NCBI GenBank assembly: GCA_964390595.1
Contig: CAYMIA010000005.1
Location: forward strand, 3,586-67,585
Direction: 5' to 3'
Source: an uncultured Gammaproteobacteria bacterium
GTDB lineage: Bacteria > Patescibacteriota > Microgenomatia > Daviesbacterales > UBA10151
DNA length: 64,000 bases
Shown here: one piece after another, positions 1 to 9,758 of the stretch
Position numbering within the stretch: position 1 is the stretch's first letter
Layout of the letters: each line of letters begins with the position of its first letter
The notes under the pieces: generated by a model
What the model saw: the letters and a program-made list of their open reading frames with translations, nothing else
Told to the model about the DNA's origin: nothing
The model's database searches: none
Program-made: the position numbers and the translations under genes

Positions 1-1542
1 ACTGCCAAGATTTGGGTGGGAGAGTTTTTTAGGTGGTTACTTTATGCGCCACTCTTTGCAATCTTTTTGGCAGGGCTAGTGGCTTTTTGGGGAAATTTCC
101 AAAAGGTTAACCCAGCTGGTCCTGGTTCTAATCCAATTCCTCTCTCGGGTATTAATTATCCATGTGAGCCCAATTCTAAAACTAATGTGAATGGTTCGAG
201 TAGTTATTATCCGACTTCGATCAATATTTTAGTTGGTGGGCCTTGTCAGACTTTGGCTTTTGACAATGATCCACTGAAAAATAACAGTGTTAATATCCCT
301 GAATCATTTTTGCAATATGTGGTGGCTTTAGTGATGCTTTGGGGGGTGATTTTAGTGCCATGGATACTACTTAAAATCTTTTTGGATTATTTATATAGCT
401 TTTCTTGGGGTGATAATAGTATAGCAAAGTATCTTGTTAATTCAGCATCCCCACTTAGAAACCGCTATTTTGGGGGAAGAGAGCCAGTTCCAGGGCCGCC
501 CGTCCGCCCGGGATCTCCGGGAGTTCCACCGAGTGGGACAACTGGGCGGGCGATGGAGTTGCCTTACTTTAAAGAGAGTCCAATGCAGGTTGCAGAGAAA
601 AACGAACAGTCGGCTAATGTCTTTAATTCAGCTAATGTGGCGACCAGTGAAAGTGTCCGGGAGATGAACCGGGCCACTAATTTGGCGAATCAAACCAGTC
701 AGATCCAAAATCAAACTCAATCATCAATTTCTTCAATTGCTAATATGCCTACATTTAACAGCGCGGCAACTGATTCCCAGTCAACTAGTGAAATACTGAA
801 CTTAACTAATTTAAGTATCCCAACGATTCAAGATATTGCTAAATATGAGGCAGCAATTATTTCAACAGAAACTAACAGTCAGGTGGAGATAAACAACCAA
901 GCTCAGGTAAGTAAGATCTCTGAATCGCTAAACCGGTTGGCTGGGACAAGTCCAATTACCACTCCTTCTGAACGGGAGATTTATACCAAGGTTAGGGAGC
1001 GGATTGAAAGAGAGTCAGTTAAAGGCAATAAGATTGCATCAACTATTTTGAATGCAGCAGTGCCGCAAGCGGTTAAAGCGGCGATTCCAGACAAGAACAC
1101 CGTTCAGCAAGTTAATTTGGATGATTATGAAGAGGTTAAGCGGACTTGGTTACAAAACTACCGCAAACTAGATGCTCCGGCGGCCCCAGATGGTTCGCCA
1201 CGCAATAGAAAAGAGTGGTTGAAGCAAGAGGTGGCTCAAATTAGTCAAGTGACAAGTTTGATGGCATCAAATGAACCGGCAAAACAGGAGCAAGCTAAGG
1301 CAATGGTTTCCAAGATTTTACCATTTTTGCTTTTGGGAGGATTCTCTCAAAGCGAGATTATTGCTTACTTGAAAGCCAAGCAAGAAGCTGCTAAGACTGT
1401 TCTGGCAGATATGCCAGCAGACGGTGAGTCAGAAGAAGATTTGGTTTCGATCGAAAAGAAAAAACAAGAGGCTCCTAAAACTATGACCACAGAAGCAGAA
1501 ATACCTGAGGATAAAAAACCAGAACCTTTGAAAAACAGTTAA
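1..1542 (+). CDS. Membrane-anchored hypothetical protein, 5'-truncated by window edge
   Basis: Frame open from base 1; two TM segments flank a Cys-pair loop, then Pro-rich and S/T/Q/N-rich linkers and a helical C-terminus; stop overlaps next ATG (TAATG). Confidence 0.75.
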   Translation, partial: TAKIWVGEFFRWLLYAPLFAIFLAGLVAFWGNFQKVNPAGPGSNPIPLSGINYPCEPNSKTNVNGSSSYYPTSINILVGGPCQTLAFDNDPLKNNSVNIPESFLQYVVALVMLWGVILVPWILLKIFLDYLYSFSWGDNSIAKYLVNSASPLRNRYFGGREPVPGPPVRPGSPGVPPSGTTGRAMELPYFKESPMQVAEKNEQSANVFNSANVATSESVREMNRATNLANQTSQIQNQTQSSISSIANMPTFNSAATDSQSTSEILNLTNLSIPTIQDIAKYEAAIISTETNSQVEINNQAQVSKISESLNRLAGTSPITTPSEREIYTKVRERIERESVKGNKIASTILNAAVPQAVKAAIPDKNTVQQVNLDDYEEVKRTWLQNYRKLDAPAAPDGSPRNRKEWLKQEVAQISQVTSLMASNEPAKQEQAKAMVSKILPFLLLGGFSQSEIIAYLKAKQEAAKTVLADMPADGESEEDLVSIEKKKQEAPKTMTTEAEIPEDKKPEPLKNS

Positions 1543-2360
1543 TGCGCAAAGCCATTTTTTTAATTCTAATTTTTTTGAGTTTAATTTTACTTCTGGTGAG
1601 ACTGAGCAATAAACCACTGGCTTCTTTTTTAGGATTGTCTGCTCATACTGGGATTAAAGTGGATGCTAATGTGGGTTCAAAAGTGGTAATTGATGGCAGC
1701 GAAGTTGGGAAAACTCCCTATCAAGATGAAAGCTACTCAGTAGGGGATCATTTAATTGAAGTGGCGCCGTTACCTGAAGGGACTGGTTCTGGAAAAATTA
1801 CCTGGCGGGCTTATGTCAGGTTAAATCAGGGGACTTTAACTGTAGTGAATAGAGATTTGGAGGCAACACAGGCTAACTCTTCTGGAGAGGTAATTACATT
1901 AGAGCCTGGTTCAGGAATAGCGGTGGTATCTGCACCAGCAGGGGCAGATGTGGAGGTAGATGGAACTGCTTATGGGAAGACTCCTTTGTATATACCAAGT
2001 ATTACCCCGGGAGACCATCTGTTTATTGTAGGCAAACCAGATTTTTTGAAGCGAAGCATCAGGGCAAATTTGGTGGCTGGATTTAAATTAAACTTGAGTG
2101 TGGATCTGGCAATTTCTGAGGCTGATTTAACTCAAGTGACTACTGTGCCAATTCAATCTTCTAAACAAGTAGTGGTTAAACAAACTCCAATTGGATTTTT
2201 GCGGGTTAGAAAAGATGCCACAATAAATAGCGCAGAGGTGGAAAGGGTGGCACCAGGAGATGTGTTGATACTCTTAGAAGAGATTCCAGGTTGGGATAGA
2301 GTTAAGCTATCTGATGGTAAAGAAGGTTATGTTTCAAGTGCATTTGTAGAGAAAAAATGA
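1542..2360 (+). CDS. PEGA-domain protein with C-terminal bacterial SH3 domain
   Basis: N-terminal TM; two PEGA-like repeats (VIDG..GKTP, VDG..GKTP); SH3b-like FLRVR...GWDRV...GKEGYVS. Confidence 0.85.
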   Translation: MRKAIFLILIFLSLILLLVRLSNKPLASFLGLSAHTGIKVDANVGSKVVIDGSEVGKTPYQDESYSVGDHLIEVAPLPEGTGSGKITWRAYVRLNQGTLTVVNRDLEATQANSSGEVITLEPGSGIAVVSAPAGADVEVDGTAYGKTPLYIPSITPGDHLFIVGKPDFLKRSIRANLVAGFKLNLSVDLAISEADLTQVTTVPIQSSKQVVVKQTPIGFLRVRKDATINSAEVERVAPGDVLILLEEIPGWDRVKLSDGKEGYVSSAFVEKK

Positions 2361-2362
2361 TT

Positions 2363-2719
2363 TTAAAATTCTTGGGAGACTAGTTTGGTGGTTTTAAAAT
2401 ATTTTTTGGTAAAATCGAGAGCTTTTTGATTGGAGAATTTTTTACAGGTATAAAGAACGCAGGAGAGAAATTTTTCATTAGTCCAAACATAAAGGGCAAT
2501 TCCTGAATCAATTAAGGGGACAAAGGCATCAAATCCTTGGTTTTCCTCTTTTCCCTCTCCAGATGGTGAATGAATAATTGGTTCTCCATAAGTTTTCAGA
2601 TCTAAATTGATCGCTAATTCTAGAAGGTATTTTTTAACGGTTTCCGCAGTTACCTCTATAGAAAAATTGGCTTCTATTAAAAGTCTTTGTCTAATAATTT
2701 GCGGGGCTATGTCTTCCAT
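2363..2719 (-). CDS. S-adenosylmethionine decarboxylase-like (SpeD/SpeH family) proenzyme, divergent
   Basis: LIDSGIALYVW resembles LxESHISIHTW; YTC Cys retained; 118 aa. Confidence 0.65.
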   Translation of the reverse strand: MEDIAPQIIRQRLLIEANFSIEVTAETVKKYLLELAINLDLKTYGEPIIHSPSGEGKEENQGFDAFVPLIDSGIALYVWTNEKFLSCVLYTCKKFSNQKALDFTKKYFKTTKLVSQEF

Positions 2720-2744
2720 AAGAATATTTTAACATAAGAGTGTG

Positions 2745-2837
2745 TATTGCTCGAGCATAAGAGTGCAGGGGTGAGATAAAAATCCTACGCCGGGTGTGGG
2801 ATTTTTTGTAGGCGTACAAACTATTGCTCGAGCATAA
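2745..2837. promoter_or_regulatory. Two identical 16-bp sites TATTGCTCGAGCATAA (2745-2760, 2822-2837), candidate operators
   Basis: Exact repeat with palindromic core TGCTCGAGCA; the first overlaps the -35 position of the minus-strand promoter (TGtTAAAAT, -10 at 2726-2731). Confidence 0.5.
2778..2807 (+). terminator. Intrinsic terminator-like hairpin
   Basis: AAAAATCCTACGC-CGG-GTGTGGGATTTTTT, with G-U pairs on the + strand. Confidence 0.55.
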
Positions 2838-2920
2838 ATGTGTACGGTTAAAGGATTAGAATTTAACACCAGGTGAGAGTCAGGTTAGAAGTTCAGTTTT
2901 TTAATGGATGATTTTGGTGG

Positions 2921-3862
2921 TTAGGCGCCTAAGTAATAAATGATTCCAATGACTACAACCAACCAGAGCATGACGGTGATGAGGAGGGGTTGGTCGGTGA
3001 GTAGAACTCGCTCTGGAGATTCGCCTTCCTTTTTTTCATAGATAATGTAGAGGTAGCGCATGACTCCATATATGACAATGGGGATGGTGATCATTAGAAA
3101 TTTTGAATAGTTGGTGAAAGGTAAATTAAAGTTATCTAAGAAGCTGACTAGCCGGTGTCTGGCAACTATTGGAGGTTGCAAAAAAGTGAATAGGGCAAAA
3201 GCTAGCCAAGTTGAATTAGCGAACATAGCGGTTAAAATATCCAATAAATTTTCAGGGTAGTGAAGCAAAGTTTCCCGGTGTTTGCTGGCCGCAGTGGCAT
3301 TGTGGAGCAAGGTTAGTTCGGAGCGGCGCTTACCTATTGCTAAGAAAAGAGCAAAAGAGATAACTGTCAGTAGAAACCAAATATTTAAATGGGCATCAAT
3401 TGCCCAAACTCCAGCATAAACCCGTAGCACAAACCCAGCAGCAATCGCCATCACATCAAGTAAAATGACTGATTTAAGATAGGAAGAATAAAGTAGTTGG
3501 AGAGCCAGGTAACCAAAAACAGCTAGGAAAAATGAGGGCGAAATTTTAAAAGCAAAAAAGAGTGAACCAAAGATTAAAACAACTACTAAAACTAAGGCAA
3601 AAGGAATTGAGATAAGCCCAGCAGCGATAGGGCGCTTGCTTTTGAAGGGATGAAGGCGGTCTCTTTTAATATCAAAGATATCATTTAAGACATAGGTGGC
3701 AGATGAAGCAGCGCAAAAAATTAGAAAGGCAAATAGAATAGTGATTAAACTTTCGGAATTATTTAGTTTGCCAGAAAAAAGCAGCCCAGCAAAGAGGGCA
3801 AAGTTTTTTATCCATTGTCTTGGTCTGACCTCCCGAAGAAGGGCCCAAAGGAATTTAACCAT
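2921..3862 (-). CDS. UbiA-family decaprenyl-phosphate phosphoribosyltransferase-like protein
   Basis: RPRQWIKN, NDIFD..RDRLHP.K..RP, KRRSE motifs; polytopic. Confidence 0.9.
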   Translation of the reverse strand: MVKFLWALLREVRPRQWIKNFALFAGLLFSGKLNNSESLITILFAFLIFCAASSATYVLNDIFDIKRDRLHPFKSKRPIAAGLISIPFALVLVVVLIFGSLFFAFKISPSFFLAVFGYLALQLLYSSYLKSVILLDVMAIAAGFVLRVYAGVWAIDAHLNIWFLLTVISFALFLAIGKRRSELTLLHNATAASKHRETLLHYPENLLDILTAMFANSTWLAFALFTFLQPPIVARHRLVSFLDNFNLPFTNYSKFLMITIPIVIYGVMRYLYIIYEKKEGESPERVLLTDQPLLITVMLWLVVVIGIIYYLGA

Positions 3863-4902
3863 AAGATAAATCCGATAAATAATATTGAAACTCCCAAAAT
3901 TGCAAAGAACTTTGAGGTAGTATCAATAAATAACGAGACTAAGCCTAAGATAGCAGAGATAGCAATATAAAACAAGGCGATCCGCTCTTGAGACCAACCT
4001 TTACGGTCAAGTAGAAGATGATGGAGATGGCCCCGGTCGCCCCAAACTGGAGATTTGCCATGAGCGATTCTTCTCACAATAGTATAGATAAAATCGAGCG
4101 CAGGTATGGCGAGTACCAGCAACATAGTGGCAACTTTAGCACCAGATAGAATTGACAGAATTGCTAACATAAAAGCCGAGATTGTAGATCCGGAAAAACC
4201 GGGCAGAATTTTACTAGGATGCCAATTAAAAAGTAAAAAAGCCAGAGAGGTACCGGCGGTAATAAATCCTAATTTAGCAACAGTTAGTTGGTGAATGTCT
4301 CCCTGGAAAAAAAGTTTGGTAGAAAGGATGGCCATAGTTAGAGAGGCGATGAAGGTAATTCCTGGCATTTGCCCGTCAACTCCCTTGCTCCAATTGATGA
4401 CTTGGGTGAGAGCAATGATTAAAAAGAAAGCAAAAATATCAGCGATGGGAATTATTTGATGCGGGCCAAAAAATTGAAAAGGGATGGTGATTTGATCCAG
4501 TCTAATATATGAGCCAACCTGCAATGGATTAGCGATAAACGAAACGCCGATGCCTGATGCAACTGCACAACCAGCTGCTAAAAATAACAGAGAGAGTCTA
4601 ATATAAGGGTTAAAATTTCTAAATTTATCATCGAGAAGTCCAATGATTAACAGAACGGTGATTCCAAGGAGAGTCCCAATTAAATATTTCTTGATTGGTA
4701 AAAGGAGTAAGGTAGTAATGACAATTCCTAGGTAAATAGCAAGTCCACCCGCGCGGGGGATAACTCTTTGTTGAATATGGGCGGGGTGGGGTCTCTTTTT
4801 TGGGTCATCAACAAGAGAATATTTTTTGGCAATTTTAATGGTAATGGGAATGGCAGCACAGGTAACTAAAAAAGCGATTAGAAATGGAAAGACGTCGATC
4901 AT
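3808..4902 (-). CDS. Glycosyltransferase family 4 (WecA/MraY-like phospho-GlcNAc transferase)
   Basis: PRAGGLA, GLLDD, GVDG, FNWHP, DRGHLHH; ATG 4902 preferred over TTG 4920. Confidence 0.85.
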   Translation of the reverse strand: MIDVFPFLIAFLVTCAAIPITIKIAKKYSLVDDPKKRPHPAHIQQRVIPRAGGLAIYLGIVITTLLLLPIKKYLIGTLLGITVLLIIGLLDDKFRNFNPYIRLSLLFLAAGCAVASGIGVSFIANPLQVGSYIRLDQITIPFQFFGPHQIIPIADIFAFFLIIALTQVINWSKGVDGQMPGITFIASLTMAILSTKLFFQGDIHQLTVAKLGFITAGTSLAFLLFNWHPSKILPGFSGSTISAFMLAILSILSGAKVATMLLVLAIPALDFIYTIVRRIAHGKSPVWGDRGHLHHLLLDRKGWSQERIALFYIAISAILGLVSLFIDTTSKFFAILGVSILFIGFILWLNSFGPFFGRSDQDNG

Positions 4903-4903
4903 T

Positions 4904-5260
4904 TTAAATGAATATTCCAATTATTTTTAAGGCAGTAATCAGTATCAATAAAGCGATTGAGGTAGTGGCAATGCTGATGACCCGTTTGAGGATTAATTGA
5001 GAGGTATGAAGTTGCCAGGTGATGATCAAATTAATCAGGGCGATTAGTAAAATAAGTGAAGGTAAAATAATAAATTGGGGTTTGTTAACCAGCTGGCTAT
5101 CGCCCCAGTTGAGTGAGTAAAATAAGGGAAGTCTGGAAGGGAGTTGATTGTAGGCTAATGCAAACCGGATGACTATGGTAATGCTACAAAGGAGTGTTAA
5201 TAGATTGGCATAAAATTCAATTTTGTCTTGTTCGTGATAAAGGCTAATTAATTTGTCCAT
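4904..5260 (-). CDS. Small membrane protein (DUF1648-like)
   Basis: Three TMs, LPSRLPLFYS.NWG motif; in operon. Confidence 0.7.
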   Translation of the reverse strand: MDKLISLYHEQDKIEFYANLLTLLCSITIVIRFALAYNQLPSRLPLFYSLNWGDSQLVNKPQFIILPSLILLIALINLIITWQLHTSQLILKRVISIATTSIALLILITALKIIGIFI

Positions 5261-7035
5261 TAGGTTGAGATGCGGGCTTTGTTGGTGGTCCGGTACTTGA
5301 TGTGTTTGCCAAACATGAGAGTAGTTTGAGCATCAATTGCTGGAATAGTTGAAATAGTTACAACTACAATTGGAACGAGTAAAAATTGAATATAGGACCA
5401 GAGTCTTTGGAGGAGTCCCCAGTTTTTTGGCCTGGGTGGAGAGGTTTTTTCATGAACATAGATGGTGACAAAAAGTCCAATGAAAGCGGCTGTCATAATA
5501 TAGGAGGAGATAATGGGTAGATTAACTGCTAGGACAGATTCTTTGTAGTGGGGGTTGATTAAGGGAATTAGCATACCGGCAAAAGTGACAAAAAGCGCTA
5601 GGGTGCCCCATTTTAAATTAGCCCAAAGAGTAAAAGCTAACCGGTCGGTTTTGGCCCAAAAATCGATATCAGTCCGCCTGAAATATTGTTTAAAAATATA
5701 AGGGAGGTGTTCAACCCCATAAGCCCAGCGTTTGAGTTGGAGATATTGATTTTGAAAAGTTTTAGCTAAGGTAACATCCAAAACCGTGTCAGCACTAATT
5801 GGCATAAAGTGTGGAATGACCTTGTAGTCACCTTTAAAATGAAAAAAGGCTTTCCAGTAAAACCCAGAATCATCGTTGACTTTATCTGGAATCCAAAGTC
5901 CGATGTCGAGTAGAGATTGCATATTGATTGAGAGAGAAGAGTAGTTCATATATTTATCTGAACCAACCATTTCAGCCAATTGCCAGAAGCTAGTACCAGT
6001 GGCAATGAGTCTCATGGGAGTTGGAGCTTGCCAATAGTTGTTGTGGTATAAGAAGACACCAGTATAACTTCTTTTGTCTCTTAAATTTTCTGGGGTAGAC
6101 AGATATTTGTGAAGCGCGCCGCTTAAAAACTCCGGGTGAATAACAAAATCAGCATCTAGAGTCGTGGCTAAAACTTGTTTGGGGTCTATTTTATTTTTCT
6201 TAAGATATTCCTGAGCTCTGTTAATCATCCAATTACGGTTTGTACCAGGGCCAGCGATTTCGCCATGAAGACCCTCTGGGTGATAAGTAATGATTACCCC
6301 GCCGATCTTGTCATTCAAAGAATTTAGATACTTAATAGTTTCACTGTGAAGTTCTTTGGGGTTGACCCGTTCTTCAAATCCTACTACTAAAAATATTTTG
6401 TTTTTAGGAAAGTTAGAGTTAACAACTGCATCGAAAGCCGGGCCGAGTACCTCTAAACTTTCCTTGTAGACTGGCAGGGCCAAAAGCTGATAATAATCTT
6501 GCCATTCTAGAGGAAAGTCTTTTTTTAGATTAATGAGCCAGGGTTGTTTTTTAGCCCACTCCATTTTTTTGTAACCGACAATAATCAAGACAGAAATCCG
6601 GATGGCGCTAATTAACCAATAGACATCAGCGATGATAATTAAATAGGCGACTGTTAGAGGTAGGGTAAAGGAGAGCCAGAAGGGGGAGGTGAGAGCGAGC
6701 CAGGTCATGGCACCAGGTAAAATTTCAATAATCCGTGTTATCAGATTTTCATGTTTTTTTAGAAATTGTTTCTCCGCCCGTTCATGGATGATATATTGTT
6801 GGGAGAGAAGGTGGTGACCGACTAATCCGCAGCCAGCTCCAAGTAAAAAAGTCGCTATAAAAACATCTAGAGGTGTGCTCACGATAAGGTGGCCAAAAAA
6901 ACCCATTAAAAAGCCAATCAATATTAGGCTTAGCCCAAAAATACTATGAAGAGGTCTTTTAAAAATCCGGTTGATCAGCTCTCCAAGGTAAAAAAAGGAT
7001 AGTAAACCAATCAAAAAGCTGGCAATTAAACGCAT
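5260..7035 (-). CDS. Membrane glycosyltransferase family 2 (CPR-type)
   Basis: LPVYKE, DADF, DD, QLKRW (QxxRW) motifs; TMs at both ends. Confidence 0.85.
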   Translation of the reverse strand: MRLIASFLIGLLSFFYLGELINRIFKRPLHSIFGLSLILIGFLMGFFGHLIVSTPLDVFIATFLLGAGCGLVGHHLLSQQYIIHERAEKQFLKKHENLITRIIEILPGAMTWLALTSPFWLSFTLPLTVAYLIIIADVYWLISAIRISVLIIVGYKKMEWAKKQPWLINLKKDFPLEWQDYYQLLALPVYKESLEVLGPAFDAVVNSNFPKNKIFLVVGFEERVNPKELHSETIKYLNSLNDKIGGVIITYHPEGLHGEIAGPGTNRNWMINRAQEYLKKNKIDPKQVLATTLDADFVIHPEFLSGALHKYLSTPENLRDKRSYTGVFLYHNNYWQAPTPMRLIATGTSFWQLAEMVGSDKYMNYSSLSINMQSLLDIGLWIPDKVNDDSGFYWKAFFHFKGDYKVIPHFMPISADTVLDVTLAKTFQNQYLQLKRWAYGVEHLPYIFKQYFRRTDIDFWAKTDRLAFTLWANLKWGTLALFVTFAGMLIPLINPHYKESVLAVNLPIISSYIMTAAFIGLFVTIYVHEKTSPPRPKNWGLLQRLWSYIQFLLVPIVVVTISTIPAIDAQTTLMFGKHIKYRTTNKARIST

Positions 7036-7095
7036 GGTTACTGTTAAGTTTACGGTCTTTACCTACAGAAATCAAATGAATTATAGTACAGGATA

Positions 7096-7596
7096 ATGGA
7101 CAGTCAATTTCTACATGAAGTGGTCATTACAGCAATTATTCGAAAGGATGGTAAATACCTAGTTATTAGAAGAGCTAAGACCAAAAAGAGATTTCCAGGG
7201 ATGTGGACAGTGCCTGGGGGGAGGTTGGAGACCAAGGATTATACAACCTTGCCTAAAGATACCAAAGACTATTGGTACAACGTTTTGGAGCAGACTCTAA
7301 AGAGGGAAGTGGGGGAGGAGGTAGGGCTCTCAGTTAAAAATATTGAATATGTGACCAGTTTGGCTACAATCCATCCAGATGGTGCACCAAGTTTGGTGAT
7401 CTCTTGTTTGGCTGATTATGATAGGGGAGAGGTGAAATTACAAGAGGAGGAAGTTGATGATTTTGCTTGGGTTAATTTAAAAGAAGCTAAGAAGTATGAG
7501 TTAATAGGAGGAATTTATGAAGAGCTGGAAATGGCTGACATGAGAGCTAGGGGGCAGGGGCAAGAATGGAAGAAGAGTAGAGCAACTACTCCGTAG
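7096..7596 (+). CDS. NUDIX hydrolase
   Basis: PGG...REVGEEVGL Nudix box with an insertion. Confidence 0.85.
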   Translation: MDSQFLHEVVITAIIRKDGKYLVIRRAKTKKRFPGMWTVPGGRLETKDYTTLPKDTKDYWYNVLEQTLKREVGEEVGLSVKNIEYVTSLATIHPDGAPSLVISCLADYDRGEVKLQEEEVDDFAWVNLKEAKKYELIGGIYEELEMADMRARGQGQEWKKSRATTP

Positions 7597-8011
7597 CCCA
7601 TTTGTTTTCTGGCCAGGCGTAAAGCATCATTTCCGAGATAGGGATTTGTTTAATTTGGTCGGTTTCTTTTAAGAGGATAATTATATCTATTCCTGAGTGG
7701 ATACTGCTTTCCCAGATAATTTGTTTGCAGGCATGACAGTTTGGTCCTGTAATAGCAGTAATCTCTTTTTCTCCATAAGTAGCAGCATTGCCCAATGCAA
7801 CAGCTTCAGCGTGCATAGTGAGTGACATAATTTGAGTATGATAGGAAACACCTGGATAAAATTTACCGGTAGCAGTTAAGACAACAGAGGCGACTTTATT
7901 ACCAACTGGGTAACTGTTTGGTAGGTATTCATTAACCATCTTAAACATTTTTTGGCAAATCTCGTTGGGGAGCTGATAAACTTTTAAGCCATTTTTTATT
8001 TTGTAATTCAT
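7586..8011 (-). CDS. Cytidine deaminase-like zinc-dependent deaminase
   Basis: HAE and PNCHAC motifs; SYP..NKVAS N-terminus like homotetrameric CDA. Confidence 0.75.
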   Translation of the reverse strand: MNYKIKNGLKVYQLPNEICQKMFKMVNEYLPNSYPVGNKVASVVLTATGKFYPGVSYHTQIMSLTMHAEAVALGNAATYGEKEITAITGPNCHACKQIIWESSIHSGIDIIILLKETDQIKQIPISEMMLYAWPENKWATE

Positions 8012-8820
8012 ATATTGAAGAGAGTTTGGGCGTTTTGGAAGATTTGATTAGCGGTTTCTTCAAAAGAGAGGTTTTTGAGATCGGCGATAAGTTCTGTGAT
8101 TTCTTTGACAGAAGAGGGATCATTTCTTTGGCCGCGGATGGATTGGGGAGGGAGGAAAGGACAGTCAGTTTCGGTGAGGATTTTATCCAGGGGAGTCGAT
8201 TTAACAATTTCTCGAAGGGATTCATTCTTAGGATAGGTGATTGTGCCAGAAAAAGACAGGTAATAGCTAAGATCTAGAGCTTTTTTAGCTTCAGTTTCGG
8301 TTCCAGAAAAGGTGTGGAATAAACCTTTAGTACCTGCCAGATCGTCGAAGATGTCATTCCAGGCGTCTCGACAGTGTATCAGCAGAGGAAGATCCAATTT
8401 TTTGGCGAGTTCAATTTGAGCTTTGAAAAGAGTTTTTTGGAGAGATTTGAGCTGGTCAGCTGACAGGCCAATATCGGTAAAATCTGAGTTTCCATGAAAG
8501 AAGTAGTCTAGACCACATTCACCAACAGCAATAACTTTTTGAGGGTTTTGATGATAGATTTCTTCAAGCTTTTCAGTAGCAGATTGGATTGTTGTATCAG
8601 TATTTTCTGAAAAGTTGTGAGCTTCATGTGGATGAAGACCAATAGATGAGTAAAATTTTACTTGGGAGTTTTCCATTTGGCTGGCAGTTTGGCTTGAATG
8701 GAGATCAACGCCAACATTAATAATGGTTGTAACGTCAGCACTAAGGCAGCTTGTAAGTACTTGATCAAAGTCTGCTTTAAATGAATCCCAATAGAGGTGT
8801 GCATGGGTGTCGATGAGCAT
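8008..8820 (-). CDS. tatD: TatD family deoxyribonuclease
   Basis: DTHAH, GLHP, GECGLD, IHCR, ETDCP. Confidence 0.95.
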   Translation of the reverse strand: MLIDTHAHLYWDSFKADFDQVLTSCLSADVTTIINVGVDLHSSQTASQMENSQVKFYSSIGLHPHEAHNFSENTDTTIQSATEKLEEIYHQNPQKVIAVGECGLDYFFHGNSDFTDIGLSADQLKSLQKTLFKAQIELAKKLDLPLLIHCRDAWNDIFDDLAGTKGLFHTFSGTETEAKKALDLSYYLSFSGTITYPKNESLREIVKSTPLDKILTETDCPFLPPQSIRGQRNDPSSVKEITELIADLKNLSFEETANQIFQNAQTLFNI

Positions 8821-8827
8821 GAGAGTA

Positions 8828-9045
8828 GTATATCGTATTTAGTATTTTGTATGTAGGGAGGGAAGAGGGGAGGTGAAAAATTCCCGAAGATGATCAAACT
8901 ATATCAATGTCCTATAATTTTTAGCAGAGGATGTATAAAATTGCTAATTCGTGAAAAGGTCGCGTGAAAAAAGGGAAGTGGTGGGGAAGATGCGAGGGTA
9001 ATGAACGCTCTCTCTTGGTATGTGGTATTTAGTATGTTGTATATA
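8828..9045. repeat. Two arrays of 4 x 7-bp GTAT-NNN (8828-8855, 9018-9045)
   Basis: gtatatc gtattta gtatttt gtatgta / gtatgtg gtattta gtatgtt gtatata, each followed by GGGA. Confidence 0.7.
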
Positions 9046-9167
9046 GGGAAAATACTGGTAATTTTTGCCAGGGAAGTGGTCGGAAAAATTTGAGGCTAAA
9101 AAGTTGGGGTTCTCTCCCCTTTTGGACTCCCCGGCTTTTTTTGAGAATTTTTGTTATAATTCCGGAC

Positions 9168-9758
9168 ATGGCTAATGGAATTGAACTAGAAGCTAGATTT
9201 TTACTGGTTCCCTCGCAGACTGATGAGATTTTAATTGATCAGTTCGTTGATTCTGGAGCAAAATATCTGGGGCATGTGATTTTAACCGATCTGATGTATA
9301 TCACTTCTAAAGGAGGGTTTTCTGAGATGGTGCTTCGAGTCCGCGACGATGGATCAGCCGTAACTTTAACGAGAAAAATATTTGGAGCGGTTAGTTTAGC
9401 TACTTTAGAGGAAGAGTTGGAGATTCCGAGTGTTGAATACGCCGTTGATTTGCTAGAAAATGAGTTGGGTTACCACAGAACGGGAGTGCAGCAGCAATCG
9501 GTTCATAAATTTTTGTATGCAGAGGAGCAAACTGAAACAACAATTAGGAGATGGCCAGCTCCAAATGGAATTATACCAAGGTATGTTGAAGTTGAAGGTC
9601 CATCTGAGGAAGCGATTCGATCAACTGCGGGGCGTTTGGGTTTTGATTGGCAGGATGTTAAATTGGAGAGTCCAAGATGGATCTTAACTAATTATTTTGG
9701 TTTTCCAGTTAGAAGGTTTAAAAAATGTACTTTTGATGAGATTCTAGAAGCTGATTAA
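9168..9758 (+). CDS. CYTH-domain protein (class IV adenylate cyclase/triphosphatase fold)
   Basis: ELEAR, LRVR, YVEVEG; ATG 9168 lies 7 nt after TATAAT. Confidence 0.75.
   Translation: MANGIELEARFLLVPSQTDEILIDQFVDSGAKYLGHVILTDLMYITSKGGFSEMVLRVRDDGSAVTLTRKIFGAVSLATLEEELEIPSVEYAVDLLENELGYHRTGVQQQSVHKFLYAEEQTETTIRRWPAPNGIIPRYVEVEGPSEEAIRSTAGRLGFDWQDVKLESPRWILTNYFGFPVRRFKKCTFDEILEAD

Noticed and set aside
2727-2754. dif/XerD-like arm (TTATGTTAAAA on the minus strand)
   Set aside because: The XerC arm matches poorly, the same bases form the extended -10 of the adjacent gene, and the + strand looks G-rich on both sides (no obvious skew switch)
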